Notes: generated by a model from the sequence alone, not told the origin. A stretch of 64,000 nt of DNA from an uncultured delta proteobacterium (GCA_963769935.1 CAVYNY010000009.1:128001-192000), one strand, 5' to 3'; counted from the stretch's first letter, positions 29,975 to 41,609 are shown. Numbers and translations are program-made.

Positions 29975-29988
29975 GAATTTAACCGACA

Positions 29989-30930
29989 ATGTGGCAATAC
30001 ACTGTCCGACGAATATTGGCTATCATCCCCGTGGCGGGGGTGATAGCCATCTTTGTCTTTTTGCTGCTGCACCTGGCTCCGGGGGACCCGGCGGCAATTA
30101 TTGCGGGCGATACGGCCATGCCCGAGGATATTGCCCGCATCCGCGTCAAGCTGGGCCTCGATGACCCCATTTACGTCCAGTTTGTGCGTTGGATGGGCCA
30201 GCTGCTGCACGGCGACCTGGGCATTTCCATCTACTCCGATATGCCGGTGACCACCCTGATCGGCCAGCGCATGGAAGCAACGCTCTGCCTGGCATCGGCC
30301 AGCATTATCATTGCCGTCTTCCTGGCGGTTCCCATGGGCATCCTGGCGGCCTGGAAAGCCGGTACCTGGATTGATTATGTGGTCATGATATTTGCGGTTT
30401 TCGGCTTTTCGGTCCCGGTTTTTGTCATCGGCTACCTGCTGATCTTCGGATTTTCCGTCCACCTGCACTGGTTTCCGGTCCAGGGGTTTGTCAGCATCAG
30501 AGAAGGCGTGTTGCCGTTTCTGCGCACCATCACCCTGCCGAGCCTGGCGTTGGGGCTGATCTATGCCGCCCTGATTGCCCGCATCACCCGGGCCAGCGTA
30601 CTGGAAATTCTGACCCAGGATTATATCCGCACCGCCCAGTCCAAAGGCCTGAATACTTATGCGATCCTGATTCGGCACACGCTGCGCAACGCCGCCATTC
30701 CCATCGTCACGATTATCGGCATCGGCATCGCCCTGTTGATCGGCGGCGTGGTGGTCACGGAGAGCGTGTTCAACATTAACGGCATCGGCAGGCTGGTTGT
30801 GGATGCCATTCTCTCCCGGGATTACCCCGTGATTCAGGGAATCATTCTCATGTCATCGGGTGTATACTTGGTGATTAATCTGATTGTCGATATATCGTAC
30901 CGGTTTTTCGATCCGAGGATTGAGTACTAG
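29989..30930 (+). CDS. Peptide ABC transporter permease (DppB/OppB-like)
   Basis: APGDPA, GLDDP, QDYIRTA.SKGL and RDYPVIQG motifs. Confidence 0.93.
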   Translation: MWQYTVRRILAIIPVAGVIAIFVFLLLHLAPGDPAAIIAGDTAMPEDIARIRVKLGLDDPIYVQFVRWMGQLLHGDLGISIYSDMPVTTLIGQRMEATLCLASASIIIAVFLAVPMGILAAWKAGTWIDYVVMIFAVFGFSVPVFVIGYLLIFGFSVHLHWFPVQGFVSIREGVLPFLRTITLPSLALGLIYAALIARITRASVLEILTQDYIRTAQSKGLNTYAILIRHTLRNAAIPIVTIIGIGIALLIGGVVVTESVFNINGIGRLVVDAILSRDYPVIQGIILMSSGVYLVINLIVDISYRFFDPRIEY

Positions 30931-30933
30931 TTG

Positions 30934-31171
30934 AGGTTTCAGTGTTCAGGTGTCAACCCAGCCGCCGGCCAAAACAACGGCCGGTCTGATCGAAAAAGAA
31001 ACATAATAGTTCACCGCAGAGCCCGCCGCCTCTGGCCCATAGGGCCTACGCCCCGGTGGGAGAACGCCGAGAAAGAAAAGTTAAATTAATCTCCGCGCTC
31101 TCTGCGCTCTCAGCGGTGAGACACTTCGTAAAAATGGCATCGAATTTAAGAAAGTTTCATATGAGGTGTCA
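30934..31171. repeat. MITE/REP-like element family A, copy 2
   Basis: Termini match 3711-3973 in inverted orientation; internal CACCGCAGAG.../...CTCAGCGGTG inverted repeat. Confidence 0.9.
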
Positions 31172-31179
31172 GGCGGATA

Positions 31180-31545
31180 AAGGTTGTTAGTTTCTTGTGT
31201 TTATTGAGTTAAAATGTATAGAAGGTTAAAGGCCAAAGGAGAAAGGCTGGGAGGATGCGAGTTATGCGGCGCACGTCGCATGGCACATGGCTAAAAGTAT
31301 AGGGTATAAGGTATAAGGTGTAAAGTGTAAGGTTTGAGGTTTGAGGCAAAAAGAGAAAGGAAGAAATGCCGGTTCATTTCTTAGCTTCTTATTTTCTTAT
31401 CTTCTTCTCTTCTTTCCTTCTCAGCTTCTCAACTTCTTTCTTTGTCACCTTCTTTCCTTTCGAGCCTTCCAGCCACTTCGTCTCAGCCATGACCTATCGA
31501 CTATCAACTATGAACTATAAACTATGAACGATGAACTATCGACGG
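31180..31545. repeat. Composite intergenic tandem-repeat block
   Basis: G-rich 7/9-mers, core GGAAGAAATGCCGGTTCATTTC, then C/T-rich 9-mers and aactatg heptamers running into the dppC start. Confidence 0.9.
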
Positions 31546-32411
31546 CAGACGAAGTTGTAGCGGAACCCGCCAAAGCATGGGGGCAGCGTTGGTTTGAATT
31601 TTCGCGGCACAATCCCACCGTTGTCGGCGGTGCGGCCGTTTTAGTGGCCATGACGCTCCTGGCAGTGCTGGCTTCTTATATCGCTGTTGATCCGATTGAA
31701 ATCAACCCGATCGAGAGGCTGAGACCGCCGTCGCTCGAGCATCTGTTCGGCACGGACAACCTAGGTCGCGACATCTTCAGCCGAACGCTGTATGGCGGGC
31801 GGATCTCACTGACCGTCGGATTGAGCGTCGCCGTTTTAACCTCACTGATCGGCCTGTTTATCGGGCTGGTTTCCGGATACATCCGCGCCGTTGATGCCAT
31901 TATGATGCGGATTATGGACGGATTGATGGCCATTCCTGAAATTTTGCTGGCCATCTCGCTGATGGCCATCAGCAGTGCTTCCGTCAAAACTGTAATCATC
32001 GCCATCACCATCCCGGAAGTGCCGCGAATGGCCCGCCTGGTGCGCAGCATCGTAATCACTCTCCGCGAGCAGCCTTTTATCGAAGCAGCTGTCTCCATTG
32101 GAACCGGTCTTCCCAAAATTCTTTTCCGCCATGTGCTGCCCAACACCATTGCACCGTTGCTGGTGACCGCAACCTACGCTTTCGCCTCGGCGGTCATCAC
32201 CGAATCTCTGCTGGGATTTATCGGCGCCGGAACGCCGCCGGAAATTCCCAGCTGGGGCAACATCATGGCGGATGGACGGACCTATTTCGAAATCGGCTCC
32301 TGGATCATCTTTTTCCCGGGGGCCTTTTTGACGCTGACGGTGCTGGCCGTAAACATTATGGGAGACGGGCTGCGGGATATGCTGGATCCGCGGCTTTCGC
32401 GGCAGTTGTGA
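31524..32411 (+). CDS. Peptide ABC transporter permease (DppC/OppC-like)
   Basis: HLFGTDNLGRDIFSR, RHVLPN, PSWG and GDGLRDMLDPR motifs. Confidence 0.93.
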   Translation: MNDELSTADEVVAEPAKAWGQRWFEFSRHNPTVVGGAAVLVAMTLLAVLASYIAVDPIEINPIERLRPPSLEHLFGTDNLGRDIFSRTLYGGRISLTVGLSVAVLTSLIGLFIGLVSGYIRAVDAIMMRIMDGLMAIPEILLAISLMAISSASVKTVIIAITIPEVPRMARLVRSIVITLREQPFIEAAVSIGTGLPKILFRHVLPNTIAPLLVTATYAFASAVITESLLGFIGAGTPPEIPSWGNIMADGRTYFEIGSWIIFFPGAFLTLTVLAVNIMGDGLRDMLDPRLSRQL

Positions 32412-32539
32412 GTTCAGAGGTTCTGGGGGTTCCGAGGTTCTGGGTTCAGGGTTAAGCCTAACCGCCAGTTTCCTGGCTTCCCAGCTTCCAAGCTTCTGTT
32501 GACCGGTAACGAATAACCAATAACTGATAACAAAACATA

Positions 32540-33568
<1,029 letters not shown>

Positions 33569-33575
33569 TAATATG

Positions 33576-33885
33576 GAATGGATTCTATTATATTTTTTTA
33601 TTCAGACAGGATAAACAGGATTAGCAGGATTATTTTTTTGTCTTCATCAATTTCCGCAAGAAATTGATGAAACACAATCCACCTTCGGTGGAAAGCAGAA
33701 ATTCAGTATGGCCGGCATTCTTTCTTGAATTGTTTGCCCAAAAATTTTTGATACCTTATCGCTTAATAGCTACCTCGCAGAAGGCGATTGAGTATTCTTT
33801 GTTTCATCCGGAAACAAAGAATAAAAAAATTCAATAAATCCTGTAAATCCTGTCTAAAAAAAATAAAATATAAAGGAATCCATTC
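33576..33885. repeat. AT-rich MITE-like element with long terminal inverted repeats (family B)
   Basis: GAATGGATTC..TATTTTTTT..AGACAGGATAAACAGGATT versus AATCCTGTAAATCCTGTCT..AAAAAAATA..GAATCCATTC. Confidence 0.8.
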
Positions 33886-33941
33886 AATAATGATATCTTT
33901 TGTCTAGTATAAAGCATCATACAGAGCCAGGATTAACATCG

Positions 33942-34958
33942 ATGCCTAACATTGCTACTCATACGTCCGACATGCCGGTCGAAGAAATACTGGCGGTCTC
34001 TAACCTCAAGAAGTATTTTCCGGTCCGGGGCGGTATCCTGATGCGCACGATCGGCCAAGTTTTGGCGGTGGACGGCGTGTCCTTTGATATTCGGCGGGGC
34101 GAAACCCTGGGCCTGGTCGGAGAGAGCGGCTGCGGCAAGACCACCGTCGGCAAAACGGTTTTGAGACTCATCGCACCCACCGCCGGGGAGATCCGCTTGA
34201 AATCACGAGATATCACCCATCTGGAGGGCAGCGAGCTGCGGTCTGTGCGGCGGGAAATGCAGATGATTTTTCAGGACCCGTATTCATCATTGAATCCGCG
34301 CATGTCGGCCCGCGACATTGTCGCGGAGCCGATGGAAAATTTCGGACTGGCAAGCGGCAGGGAAAAAAGAGCACGAGCGGCGACCTTGCTGGAGCGCGTC
34401 GGTTTTCGCGCCGGCCAGATGGCCAAGCGGCCGCATGAATTTTCCGGCGGGCAGCGCCAGCGCATCGGCATTGCCAGGGCCCTGGCGTTGAATCCGAGCC
34501 TGATTGTCGCCGACGAGCCGGTTTCCGCCCTGGACGTATCCATCCAGGCCCAGGTAATCAATCTTTTAGTGGACCTGCAAAACGAATTCAATCTGGCCTT
34601 CTTGTTTATCTCCCACGATCTGGCGGTGGTCAAACACATCAGCCACCGCATCGCCGTCATGTATCTGGGAAAGATTGTTGAACTCGCAGACAAAAAGGAC
34701 TTGTTTGCAGCGCCTCTTCACCCGTACACGGAAGCTCTGCTGGGGGCCATACCGATTCCCAACCCGCGGGCGGACCGCAAGGTAATCATACTGGAAGGAG
34801 ATATCCCCAGCCCGATTACCCCGCCGCCGGGCTGCCGTTTTCACACCCGCTGCCTCTATGTTTTTGACCGCTGCCGGATTGAAGAGCCGCCGTTAATTGA
34901 AGTGACGGCGCGACATTGGGCCGCGTGCCATTTGCGTCAGCCGCAGGAGAGTTCATAG
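33942..34958 (+). CDS. Peptide ABC transporter ATP-binding protein (DppF-like)
   Basis: [31 protein letters not shown] and GCRFHTRC motifs. Confidence 0.95.
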   Translation: MPNIATHTSDMPVEEILAVSNLKKYFPVRGGILMRTIGQVLAVDGVSFDIRRGETLGLVGESGCGKTTVGKTVLRLIAPTAGEIRLKSRDITHLEGSELRSVRREMQMIFQDPYSSLNPRMSARDIVAEPMENFGLASGREKRARAATLLERVGFRAGQMAKRPHEFSGGQRQRIGIARALALNPSLIVADEPVSALDVSIQAQVINLLVDLQNEFNLAFLFISHDLAVVKHISHRIAVMYLGKIVELADKKDLFAAPLHPYTEALLGAIPIPNPRADRKVIILEGDIPSPITPPPGCRFHTRCLYVFDRCRIEEPPLIEVTARHWAACHLRQPQESS

Positions 34959-35140
34959 CTCATAGGTCATAGCTGATAGTTCGGAGTTCATAGTTTGTAG
35001 TTGATAGATCATAGTTGATGGGGGTGAAAAGGAGAAAGGCAAAAGGAAAAAGGTCAAAGGAAAAAGGAAAAAGGGTGTTAGCTTGTTGAGTTTATTGTGT
35101 TTGTTGAGTTGAAAAGGATAAAGGTGAAAGGTATAAAGAA
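34951..35140. repeat. G-rich tandem 7/9-mer arrays
   Basis: agttcat/agctcat, aaaggNN and gtttgttga arrays; the first array supplies the dppF stop. Confidence 0.9.
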
Positions 35141-35143
35141 AAA

Positions 35144-36589
35144 GTGACGGAAATTATGGATTGGGAAAAAATCTTTCGACTAACGGCTGCCGGAATTGCA
35201 ATTCTGATCATCATTTCTGGTGGAGATGCCTGGGCGGAATATAAAAAACCCAACATTATACTCATTGTTGCGGATGACCTTGGCTATTGCGACAGCGATC
35301 TCTATGGGTGTGATCGAATCCCGACTCCCAACATCGATACGATTGCCCGAAACGGAGTTCTTTTCACGGCTGGCTACGTCACCAATCCTGTTTGCGCGCC
35401 TTCCCGGGCCGCGTTGATGACCGGCCGCTATCAGCAGAGATTTGGATTTGAATACAACACCGGCCCATTGAGCCGGGATTACGACCAGGGACTTGGATTG
35501 CCGCTGGAGGAAATTACTGTGGCTGACGTGCTTAAAAATTCTGGCTACGTTACCGGCATGGTCGGCAAGTGGCATTTAGGAACCCGGCCAAAGTTCCATC
35601 CCCTCAAACGAGGATTTGATGAATTTTTCGGTTTTACGTTTGGGGCGAGTCTTTACATCAACCCCAACCGCAAGGATGTCATGAGCTATTTTAAAAATGG
35701 CCGGACCCAACTGCCCGACTGGAAGGGACGTGATGCTCGAAATCCGATTATGCGCGGCACCGTGGCAATTAAAGAGGAATCATATTTGACGGATGCCTTT
35801 ACCAGAGAAGGCCTATCCTTTATTGAACGACATCATCAAGAACCTTTCTTTCTGTATCTAGCCTACAGTGCGCCACACACACCGCTTCAAGCTACGCTCA
35901 AGTACTACGCACGTTTTGAGCATATCAAGGATGAGCGGCAACGAATCTATGCTGCTATGGTTTCGGCCTTGGACGACGGCGTGGGGCAGATTCTAAGCAA
36001 ACTCAGTCAATATGGTCTGGCAGCCAATACCCTGATCATTTTTCTCAGCGACAATGGGTGTGCCCTCTACACGAAAGCCTGCAGCAATGACCCCTTGCGA
36101 CTTGGTAAATTATCCCAGTTCGAGGGCGGCGTGCGGGTTCCCTTTGCCATGATGTGGCCGGATCAGATAGCGCCCCGAGCGAAATACGACGACCCTGTCA
36201 GCGCTTTAGACATCATGCCGACAGTTCTTGCGGCCGCCAATGCAAAAATGATCCAGGAGAGAGTGTTGGACGGCGTCGATCTGCTTCCCTATTTAAATGG
36301 GGAAATCGATTCCCCACCCCATAAAATTCTGTTCTGGCGCGATGGCCCCAACTGGGCTGTCAGGGATGGAAACTGGAAGCTGTTCGCAGCCGAAGGACAT
36401 TACTGGCTTTTCGATCTTGCCGTGGATATCGGCGAAAAGACCAACCTTGCCGATCTAAATATGGAAGTCTGCCAAAGGTTAAAAAATGAACATGATCAAT
36501 GGAATGCTAAAATGATGCCACCGCTGTGGGGGCCGCGCGGTAGCATTCCTTTTGAACTCGATGGGGTTAATTTGAAATGGCATTATTAG
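35144..36589 (+). CDS. Formylglycine-dependent (Cys-type) sulfatase
   Basis: PNIILIVADDLGY, CAPSRAALMTGRY, GKWHLG and SDNG motifs. Confidence 0.95.
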   Translation: MTEIMDWEKIFRLTAAGIAILIIISGGDAWAEYKKPNIILIVADDLGYCDSDLYGCDRIPTPNIDTIARNGVLFTAGYVTNPVCAPSRAALMTGRYQQRFGFEYNTGPLSRDYDQGLGLPLEEITVADVLKNSGYVTGMVGKWHLGTRPKFHPLKRGFDEFFGFTFGASLYINPNRKDVMSYFKNGRTQLPDWKGRDARNPIMRGTVAIKEESYLTDAFTREGLSFIERHHQEPFFLYLAYSAPHTPLQATLKYYARFEHIKDERQRIYAAMVSALDDGVGQILSKLSQYGLAANTLIIFLSDNGCALYTKACSNDPLRLGKLSQFEGGVRVPFAMMWPDQIAPRAKYDDPVSALDIMPTVLAAANAKMIQERVLDGVDLLPYLNGEIDSPPHKILFWRDGPNWAVRDGNWKLFAAEGHYWLFDLAVDIGEKTNLADLNMEVCQRLKNEHDQWNAKMMPPLWGPRGSIPFELDGVNLKWHY

Positions 36590-36635
36590 CAATTGCCCGT
36601 TTTGATTTAGACACATTTAAATATAGGAGCCTGCA

Positions 36636-37724
36636 ATGAAGAGGAACCTGCCGTTTCCCATCGTAAAAACCGGAGGCTCTCCCTTCGAGCGCGGCGAACA
36701 GTACGGCTCGCAATGCCGGGAGATGATTGCCCGGGTGATCGATTTTTATCGCTGGATTTTTGAGGTCAAATCCAAGCTCAGCTGGGAGCAATCTCTGGCC
36801 AAGGGCGCCGAATTTGTGCCTGTTCTCAATAAATACGACAGCGACATCATGGAGGAAATCGAAGGCATTGCCCGCGGAGCGCACCGCCCGGTTGAAGAAA
36901 TTGTCGCCCTCAACGTGCGAACCGAACTGTTGTTTCTGCTGGCTGCCCAAGCCGGTGGTGGCATTGCCGAATGCACATCTGTGGCCGCAGTGCCCCCGGC
37001 TGCCGAGCATACCCTGCTGGCCCAAAATTGGGACTGGTATCCCCAGGTACGCGATTGTTGTGTGATTTTAGATGAAGCGCCGCATGGCCGACCCAAGATC
37101 CGGCAGGTGGTGGAAGCGGGCATCATTGCCAAAGCGGGCTGCAATTCAGCCGGAATCGGCCTTTGCACCAATGCGCTGGTAACCAGCGGCTGGCGCGTGG
37201 GGGTTCCCTACCACGCCATATTGTGGCGAATTCTGAAGTCCGCAACCATGGCCGAGGCCATCGGGGCCGTTACCGGCCCTACGCGGGCCTCGGCGGCCAA
37301 TTATCTCATCGGCCATGCGGACGGCGAAGCCGTCAACCTGGAGGCCGCACCGCAGGGGTTGAACGTGATTTTCCCGGACAAAGGCATCATCTCCCATGCC
37401 AATCACTGCAAGGTCGGCAACGCCGACATCACCGACTTGACGCCGGCGCTATGGCCCGATACCATCATGCGGGATTACCGGGCCGGCAAAATCCTGCAGC
37501 AATACAGCGGCCGCATTGATGCCTCATCCATTCAGCAGGTTTTAAAAGATCATTTTGACAAACCCAATTCCATCTGCACCCATACGAACGTCAATTCGCC
37601 GCCCCAGGAACACGGCCAGACCAATGTGTCGCTGATCATGGATCTGACTGCAAAAAAATTCCTCGTCGCCAAGGGGCCGCCCTGTGAGCATGAGTATATT
37701 CAGATTGACGACATGGAGGGTTGA
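36636..37724 (+). CDS. C45 family autoproteolytic acyltransferase/peptidase
   Basis: G.PFERG.QYG, LNVRTE, ECTS nucleophile, AQNWDW and HANH motifs. Confidence 0.9.
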   Translation: MKRNLPFPIVKTGGSPFERGEQYGSQCREMIARVIDFYRWIFEVKSKLSWEQSLAKGAEFVPVLNKYDSDIMEEIEGIARGAHRPVEEIVALNVRTELLFLLAAQAGGGIAECTSVAAVPPAAEHTLLAQNWDWYPQVRDCCVILDEAPHGRPKIRQVVEAGIIAKAGCNSAGIGLCTNALVTSGWRVGVPYHAILWRILKSATMAEAIGAVTGPTRASAANYLIGHADGEAVNLEAAPQGLNVIFPDKGIISHANHCKVGNADITDLTPALWPDTIMRDYRAGKILQQYSGRIDASSIQQVLKDHFDKPNSICTHTNVNSPPQEHGQTNVSLIMDLTAKKFLVAKGPPCEHEYIQIDDMEG

Positions 37725-37930
37725 AAAATCCGATGGGTCGATATGGCGGTTTAAGGATAGTGCAGTTATTGTTGACATAATCAATGAATTTGGAAGTTGT
37801 GCATAGTCAGACATATCGCAGGTTTTCGAGATGGATGATATTTTCGCCTTTTGAGCGGGTATCTCAGGAATCATCAGGGTGAAAAATGCCGAATGCTTCA
37901 CCCCGGTTGTTTCCTCGATGCACACAGATA

Positions 37931-38045
37931 TTTTTGTCGTTTTAACCTGCGAACCACATTATTGTGACAGTTAATATGTCACAAAAGATTGACTCACGAC
38001 AAATATAAGGCTATTTTGTCGTAAAAACTAATTTCGCGACAAAAA
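37931..38045. promoter_or_regulatory. Array of palindromic operator-like sites upstream of the Fic gene
   Basis: TTGTGACA-N7-TGTCACAA, ACGACAAA-N11-TTTGTCGT, extra TTTTGTCG/CGACAAAA half-sites; overlaps TTGACT-N17-TATTTT. Confidence 0.55.
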
Positions 38046-38046
38046 G

Positions 38047-39426
38047 ATGCCAAAATATATTGCAGAAAATGATCTATCCCCCATTGAATCCCTGCTTGCC
38101 GACCGACATGACGGCTGGCGGATTGGGGAACTAGAGAAGGCCCTTGAGGATCAGGGCCTACCCTTCAATCGCCGTACTTTGCAGCGACGGTTGGCCCGGC
38201 TCGAAAAAACAGGACGCATCCTGATTGCCGGTGTGGGGCGGGCCACTCGATATCTGCCCGTTGTCGCCGCCGAAAAATCGACTGAAGCCGATGGCGGTAT
38301 CTTCCTTTCGGCTGATGCAAAGGAGGTACTAAGTCGGATCAGCAGGCCTTTATCTGCCCGCCCACCGGTTGGTTATCAAAGAAAATTCACCGATAGCTAT
38401 CAACCGAATGCAACTTGGTACCTGCCGGCGGCAATACGAAGCCACCTGATGGCTGTTGGCCGGCGCATGGGTGTCGACTATGCCGCCGGAACTTACATGC
38501 GGCAAATTCTTGACAGGCTTCTGATCGATCTTTCCTGGGCCTCCAGCCGGCTGGAAGGAAATACCTACTCGCTCCTTGAAACCGAAAGACTCATCGCGTT
38601 AGGGGAAGCAGCGGCTGGAAAAACACCCTTCGAAACCCAGATGGTGCTCAATCACAAAGCGGCTATCGAGTTCCTCGTAGATGCGGTAGATGAAATCGGG
38701 TTTGATCGACGAACTATTCTTAATCTTCATGCCCTGCTTTCGGATAATTTGCTGGGTGATCCGTCCGCATCAGGGCGACTGCGCGCTATCCCTGTTGGTA
38801 TCGGAAAGTCTGTCTACGAACCGCTGGCGGTGCCGCAACTCATCGATGAAATCTTCAGTCAAATACTGGATACTGCTGTTGCCATATCCGATCCATTCGA
38901 ACAGGCATTTTTTGTCATCGTACACCTGCCTTACCTCCAACCGTTTGAGGATGTCAATAAACGGGTTTCGCGGCTGGCGGCGAATATTCCCTTCATTCGC
39001 CACAACCTGTGCCCGCTGTCCTTCATGGATGTACCGGAGGATCTTTATGTCAACGGACTGCTGGGTGTTTACGAACTTAACCGTATTGAGCTTATGAGGG
39101 ACGTATTTGTTTGGACCTATGAACGGTCGTGCAATCGTTATCAGGTCGTACGGCATACTTTGGGGGAGCCCGATCCATTTCGGCTGCACTACCGGAAAGC
39201 CTTAATCGATTGCGTGGGTGAGGCAGTCCGGCAGGTTGGCCGGGGGAATGCTATTGATACCGGAGAAGTCCTTTTAAAGTCAGCCAAGGACCTGGTGCCG
39301 GAAAATGACCGTGAACACTTTCTCAAAATCGCTAAAGAAGAAATCGCCGCATTGCACGAGGGAAACTATGCCCGTTTCCGGCTCCGCCCCAGTGAATTTA
39401 AAGACTGGCAAAAACGAAAGATCTAG
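38047..39426 (+). CDS. Fic family protein with N-terminal winged HTH
   Basis: RRTLQRRL..L HTH, SSRLEGN inhibitory-type motif and variant Fic motif YLQPFEDVNKRVSR. Confidence 0.9.
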   Translation: MPKYIAENDLSPIESLLADRHDGWRIGELEKALEDQGLPFNRRTLQRRLARLEKTGRILIAGVGRATRYLPVVAAEKSTEADGGIFLSADAKEVLSRISRPLSARPPVGYQRKFTDSYQPNATWYLPAAIRSHLMAVGRRMGVDYAAGTYMRQILDRLLIDLSWASSRLEGNTYSLLETERLIALGEAAAGKTPFETQMVLNHKAAIEFLVDAVDEIGFDRRTILNLHALLSDNLLGDPSASGRLRAIPVGIGKSVYEPLAVPQLIDEIFSQILDTAVAISDPFEQAFFVIVHLPYLQPFEDVNKRVSRLAANIPFIRHNLCPLSFMDVPEDLYVNGLLGVYELNRIELMRDVFVWTYERSCNRYQVVRHTLGEPDPFRLHYRKALIDCVGEAVRQVGRGNAIDTGEVLLKSAKDLVPENDREHFLKIAKEEIAALHEGNYARFRLRPSEFKDWQKRKI

Positions 39427-39993
39427 TGGCCACCTACGTCAGACTTATCAAAGGTTTTCCGGCCGGCTGATAGCCTGAGGCTTTTGGACAATATCACAGA
39501 TTTAGCAGCATCTACATTTTCTGTAAGATTTTTATGCAAGCTGTGCACGAGCGTTCCACCAAACTTTATAGGGAGCATGGCAGGCGCAAATTGAAACACG
39601 AATTGAATTGATCTTATAGCTGGGACAAATGGCGATGGCATTTAGTCAACTCAGTCAACAACGTCCCCGAGTTTCCCCTAAAGATCAATTATAATATCAG
39701 CCGGCCATGCCCCGATGCATTCTCACTTCTTAGGTACATCGCAAGTATTAAATTCCGGTCTTCTGGCGCTACCCAAAATCTTCGAGTACTACTCGACCCA
39801 ATCATGGACTGGACTGGCGGGGCTCCCACTAATACATGATGCCCAAATTATTCTGGAAAATGGTCACGTTGGGAATTGGATATCGCAGGTTATTGTTAGA
39901 GACATATCTTACCGGCTTGTTGGAGAAATGACAGGTTCCATACCAGATCCCATGGCCATAAGGGCTCGTGTGGCCATCATCCATGTTTTTTGT

Positions 39994-40052
39994 TCCGAAC
40001 GTTTGCAGACAGCGGCGTGCCGCATTCGGCCTTACGCTGGAAGGCGTTGGGC
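39994..40052 (-). other. Degenerate attC-like site (59 bp)
   Basis: GCCCAAC...CAGCG...CGCTG...GTTCGGA on the minus strand, 16 nt after the stop of the 40069 ORF. Confidence 0.6.
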
Positions 40053-40068
40053 GGCGGTCAGCGTCTAC

Positions 40069-40470
40069 TCAAGACGGCGGTTTTTTCCCGAGCACCCGTT
40101 CGATAGCCGGCACAATATCCTCAGGACCGCGCACAAGGATGATCTTCGATTTCGGCGCGTTCGCGTGGACGATGTTGAGAACTCGATTGAACCAGACAGT
40201 GGTCGCTTCTGTCGCGGGGAAATTTTCGGCGTCCTGTCCGTTGATGTAGCCGCCGATGGCCACGCCATCGTACTCGACTCGCTTCAGCTCCGCGACCAGC
40301 CGTGCGTCCCCGGCTTCATCGTTCGTGAGCGCGAAATTTGTCGCCTGGAACCCGAGCGAACGGAGTTTCTCTTGAACGGCGGATGCGATTTCGGGATGTT
40401 TGCCGAACCCGAGGATGCGCCAACCCGTAGGTTGTGAGTAAGAGGCAGTCGACATTCCGAAACTGAACAT
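40069..40470 (-). CDS. Hypothetical protein (probable integron gene cassette ORF)
   Basis: SD AAGGAGG plus ATG at 40470; GC-rich codon usage against AT-rich flanks. Confidence 0.7.
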   Translation of the reverse strand: MFSFGMSTASYSQPTGWRILGFGKHPEIASAVQEKLRSLGFQATNFALTNDEAGDARLVAELKRVEYDGVAIGGYINGQDAENFPATEATTVWFNRVLNIVHANAPKSKIILVRGPEDIVPAIERVLGKKPPS

Positions 40471-40654
40471 GCTGGAGCCCTCCTTTGGACTCATACTTTC
40501 ATCAATTCAGCTCGTGAGAAAGCCAAATGTGCACCCAACCCAAACTTAGGATATCATCGAGACTTTGACAACATTACTTGCATTATTATGAAATCATAAA
40601 ATATTCAAGTATACTGACCGGATTATTGAAAATTTGTAATATTTCAAAAACCGA

Positions 40655-41376
40655 TCATATCCCAAACCATGGCCGAATAGCGACGCCTTCACGGGTTAGG
40701 GCTTGATCGCCGCCGTATACCAGAGTGGCGCTGTCCAATGGTCGGCCGCTTAGTTGGCACCACCAGCGCAGGCTGTCGAGCATGTCGCCGGAGAGAGTTT
40801 GGGATGATTTAATTTCCACCGGATAAAGTTGACCGGCATCGTCTATGATCAAATCAACTTCATGGCCGGTACGGTCGCGCCAGAAAAACAGAGGCGCGGG
40901 CCTTCTGTGATGCTTGTAAGCTTTGACCGTCTCTGAAATCACGAGGTTTTCGAAAAGAGCGCCGCGAAGGGGATGGGTTGGAACCTGATCCGCCTCCCGG
41001 ATTCCCAACAGATGGCAGAGCAGACCGGTATCAAAAAAGTACAGCTTGGGACTTTTGATTACCCGCTTGCTGAAATTGCGGTGACGGGATCTTCGTCAAC
41101 CGCGGATTGAATGTAGGACAAAAGGTCGGGAACGTGCTGGATTTCGTCGAGTATGGCAGGGCCTTACAACTGGGACAGAAATCCCCGCGGATCTTCCTGG
41201 GCAAAACGCCGCTGGTCGATCAGCTCCAGCGAGATATACTGGTGGGATGGGAAGGCAACTCTTGCCATGGTGGTTTTGCCGGCCTGCCGCGGACCGGTAA
41301 GGGTGACCACCGGGTAGTAGCCGGCATCACGGACCAGGTAATCTTTGAGCAGTCTGTTTTTTAAGTTAGAAGCCAT
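40655..41376 (-). pseudogene. AAA_14/DUF4143 ATPase pseudogene with premature stop and internal deletion
   Basis: TGPRQAGKTT and LDEIQ..PDLLSYIQ join directly to KRVIKSPKLYFFDTGL..GALFEN..FWRD..EVD..PVEIK; TAA at 41164; junction near 41085. Confidence 0.88.
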
Positions 41377-41435
41377 GTTGCTAATTTACGATTGGATCGT
41401 TGATTTATCAATATGATTAAAGTTTTTTTCGATTA

Positions 41436-41580
41436 ATCTGGCCGTCTTTTGGGCCAGCGGCCTGGCTCGTGTGAAACTTCACCTGAACGGAACAGCGAAC
41501 CGCAGAATATCGAACCGCAGAATGTCGAAGGTTTAATGAGTTTTTGGTTCGTGGTTATTCGTGTCCCTTCGTGGCTAACT
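41436..41580. repeat. Cluster of short repeat remnants
   Basis: ctggccg..ggccagcgg..tgaaact (family A-like), gaaccgcagaat x2 and ttcgtg x3. Confidence 0.6.
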
Positions 41581-41609
41581 CATATTTTAAAAGACTAAAA
41601 AGCCACAAA

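Noticed and set aside
39715..40437. 240-aa + strand ORF
   Set aside because: Antisense to the cassette ORF that has a strong SD, crosses the attC-like site, and has no recognisable motifs
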